Shown: positions 62,032 to 64,000 of the stretch, piece after piece | Layout of the letters: each line of letters opens with the position of its first letter | How positions within the stretch are numbered: position 1 is the first letter of the stretch | Source of the DNA: Octopus bimaculoides | Taxonomy: Eukaryota | Assembly (NCBI RefSeq): GCF_001194135.2 | Contig: NC_068982.1 | Coordinates: forward strand, 95,874,798-95,938,797 | Reading direction: 5' to 3' | DNA length: 64,000 nucleotides | The notes under the pieces: model-generated | Told to the model about the DNA's origin: nothing | What the model saw: only the letters and a program-made list of their open reading frames with translations | Databases searched by the model: none | Translations under genes and position numbers: made by a program

Positions 62032-62753
62032 CTGAAACAGCATATCATTATTATTAATTCATTACTGAAATCTAGAATGAAATGAAAGAATTATCATTTT
62101 CAAGAAAAAGATATAGATCTTTTTTTTTCCTTTTTTTTTTTGTGTAATGGAATAAAAACTATTTTTCATCTGAAGCAACATGGAAAGTATGAATAACAAA
62201 ATACATTTAAAAAAAAATTTTTTAATATGAAAAAGAATGTGAAACAGAAATAAAATAGTAAAAACAAAAGAATATTGATAATGTAGAATAAAAGAGTTAA
62301 AGACTATCACATACAATAGAATAACATGAAACAAAAAGATAACAATGAGATTGAAAAAAGAACATTGCACAAAATAATATGTGAAATGAAAACAGAATAA
62401 AAGAATACTACACAAACTAGAAAATAAAATACAAATTGAACATTATGGAATGAAAGAATGTTTATTATTAGAAATAAAAGAATGCAGAATGCAACAAAAT
62501 AATCTTATCAGAGATAAAAACAAGGCATAATGGAAGGAAAGAATAAAAGAATGCAACACTAACAAAAATGAATAAGGAATTCTTTTTTGTTATGTGTTTA
62601 TTTTTCACAACTAAAACCAGCAAAAAAAGGTTTCTTGTTTTTCATTCCATGTTTTGTCTATATTATATTTAGCTCAAAGGACTCAGTCAAGAACACTATA
62701 ATGTAATATGGAACTAAATATGTTTTAGAAATGTCTCCAGGCTTCTATAAAAG

Positions 62754-62788
<35 letters not shown>

Positions 62789-63522
62789 CCTCTGGGGAAT
62801 TCCACATTTATAAAAACCTGTCATTGGTAACAAGAATAATAAACTCATTCTTCCCTAAAATCTGATATTTTCTTGCAAAGACATAAATTTATATAAATGC
62901 AAGGCTTTTATGAGTAGAAAAACGAAGTTGTGGTAGTCATACTTTTCCCAAAAAGCATCATCAAAGCAAGTAAAAAATATTCTAATAAGAAACCAGAACT
63001 AAATTGTGCCTTCAGCTCCCCACAATATGGGGTCAGCATAATCACCTTCATCACCTTATCGCTTTCACAAAAATATTGTGCTCACGCTTTGTTCTGACTG
63101 CTGAGAATGATTCACATATTCTGTTGTGCTTAGGATTTGATTATTGTATATGTTGTCAAGTGTCGATGCAAATTACAATCATCAATGACAGAGCCATTTT
63201 TACATTCGTTTAGCAGTTAAATCTCCCTCAAACAATACTCTACTGAGAAAGAAGATATAGGACAACATAGTACTCAATAGGTGTCTGAGGGAAAAGGTCA
63301 TAGATGGAACACCTCTGGTCTTGATCTACTTCATCAAAGCTGGCTTGGGGTTAAATTATAACCACAGCAACTTATTATCATCAATCATTAACTTCTCTCT
63401 CTCTCTTTCCTGTTACTAGATAATGGTCTGGTACAGATGTAGATGATAGAACTCAGCAATCAGGAAATAGTCGGACAATTTTTTATGATGACATTAACAA
63501 TTATTTTCTGCTGCTAATATTA

Positions 63523-63913
63523 TTGTTATTGTTGGCACTCCGTCGCTTACGACAACGAAGGTTCCAGTTGATCCGATCAACAGAACAGCCTGCTCATGAA
63601 ATTAACGTGCAAGTGGCTGAGCACTCCACAGACATGTGTACCCTTAATGTAGTTCTGGGGGATATTCAGTGTGACACAAAGTGTGACAAGGCTGGCCCTT
63701 TGAATTACAGGCACAACAGAAGCAGGAAGTAAGAGTGAGAGAAAGTTGTGGTGAAAGAGTACAGCAGGGTTCGCCACCATCCCCTGCTGGAGCCACGTGG
63801 AGCTTTAGGTGTTTTCGCTCAATAAACACTCACAATGCCCGGTCTGGGAATCGAAACTGCGATCCTATGACCGCGAGTCTGCTGCCCTAACCATTGGGTC
63901 ATTGCGCCTCCAC
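63523..63913 (-). mobile_element. SINE family A copy, TSD TGCTAATATTA
   Basis: TSD at 63512-63522 and 63915-63925. Confidence 0.92.
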
Positions 63914-64000
63914 TTGCTAATATTAACCATAAAGACATTAAAAGTTCATACAGCAGTTATAGCAAAGATATTCTCTGGTGGTCATGCATTTATAACAGTT

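Noticed and set aside
62062-62650. 117-aa F/I/L-rich minus-strand ORF
   Set aside because: Low-complexity A-rich DNA, not a membrane protein.
62820-63200. Minus-strand frame with protein-like text (…CFDDAFWEKYDYHNFVFLLIKALHLY…)
   Set aside because: Interrupted by stops, not homologous to the missing QTGAL 5' exons and unidentifiable by eye.
8885-63913. tRNA-like heads with A/B boxes, and five of six family-A SINEs on the minus strand
   Set aside because: The heads continue into SINE bodies with TSDs and lack a full cloverleaf, so they are not tRNA genes. The orientation skew is antisense in MARF1 but sense in QTGAL, and n=6 is too small.
63424-64000. About 59-codon plus-strand open frame reconstituted by removing the SINE
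   Set aside because: Preceded by a stop, has no start or recognisable motif, and its length is compatible with chance.
1-64000. CRISPR arrays, rRNA, operons or prokaryotic systems
   Set aside because: None seen; the window is spliced eukaryotic DNA and the periodic repeats are microsatellites or SINEs.

Overview
AT-rich, intron-rich animal genomic DNA with scaffold N-gaps. The SINE/RTE/microsatellite landscape suggests an octopus (coleoid cephalopod) draft assembly; this is inferred, not proven. Two convergent protein-coding genes were reconstructed by hand from splice sites, and every junction is phase-consistent. (1) Plus strand: the 3' 13 coding exons (3358-39874, about 820 aa) of a MARF1/Limkain-b1 orthologue, covering all eight LOTUS (OST-HTH) domains and a divergent C-terminal tail. 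The NYN and RRM exons lie upstream of the window. (2) Minus strand: the 3' 8 coding exons (62031-44866, 247 aa) of B3GNTL1/QTGAL, the GT2-family queuosine-tRNA galactosyltransferase. Its 5' exons lie beyond the window. Almost none of the QTGAL exons appear in the supplied ORF track. Introns and the intergenic gap hold several tRNA-headed SINE families (six young copies of one family with target-site duplications), RTE and CR1-like LINE fossils, a HERO/NeSL-type RLE retrotransposon fossil, a DD37D maT transposon plus a deleted derivative, a Tc3-like element with IR/DR ends, a non-autonomous Helitron-like element and long compound microsatellites. The best leads are: a cephalopod QTGAL with a candidate poison exon; a MARF1 lacking the C-terminal motif recalled from vertebrates and with eroded LOTUS6/7; an inverted-SINE triad around one MARF1 exon (editing/circRNA); and a UGCAUG cluster around a frame-shifting 43-nt exon. 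I found no demonstrably new multi-gene system.
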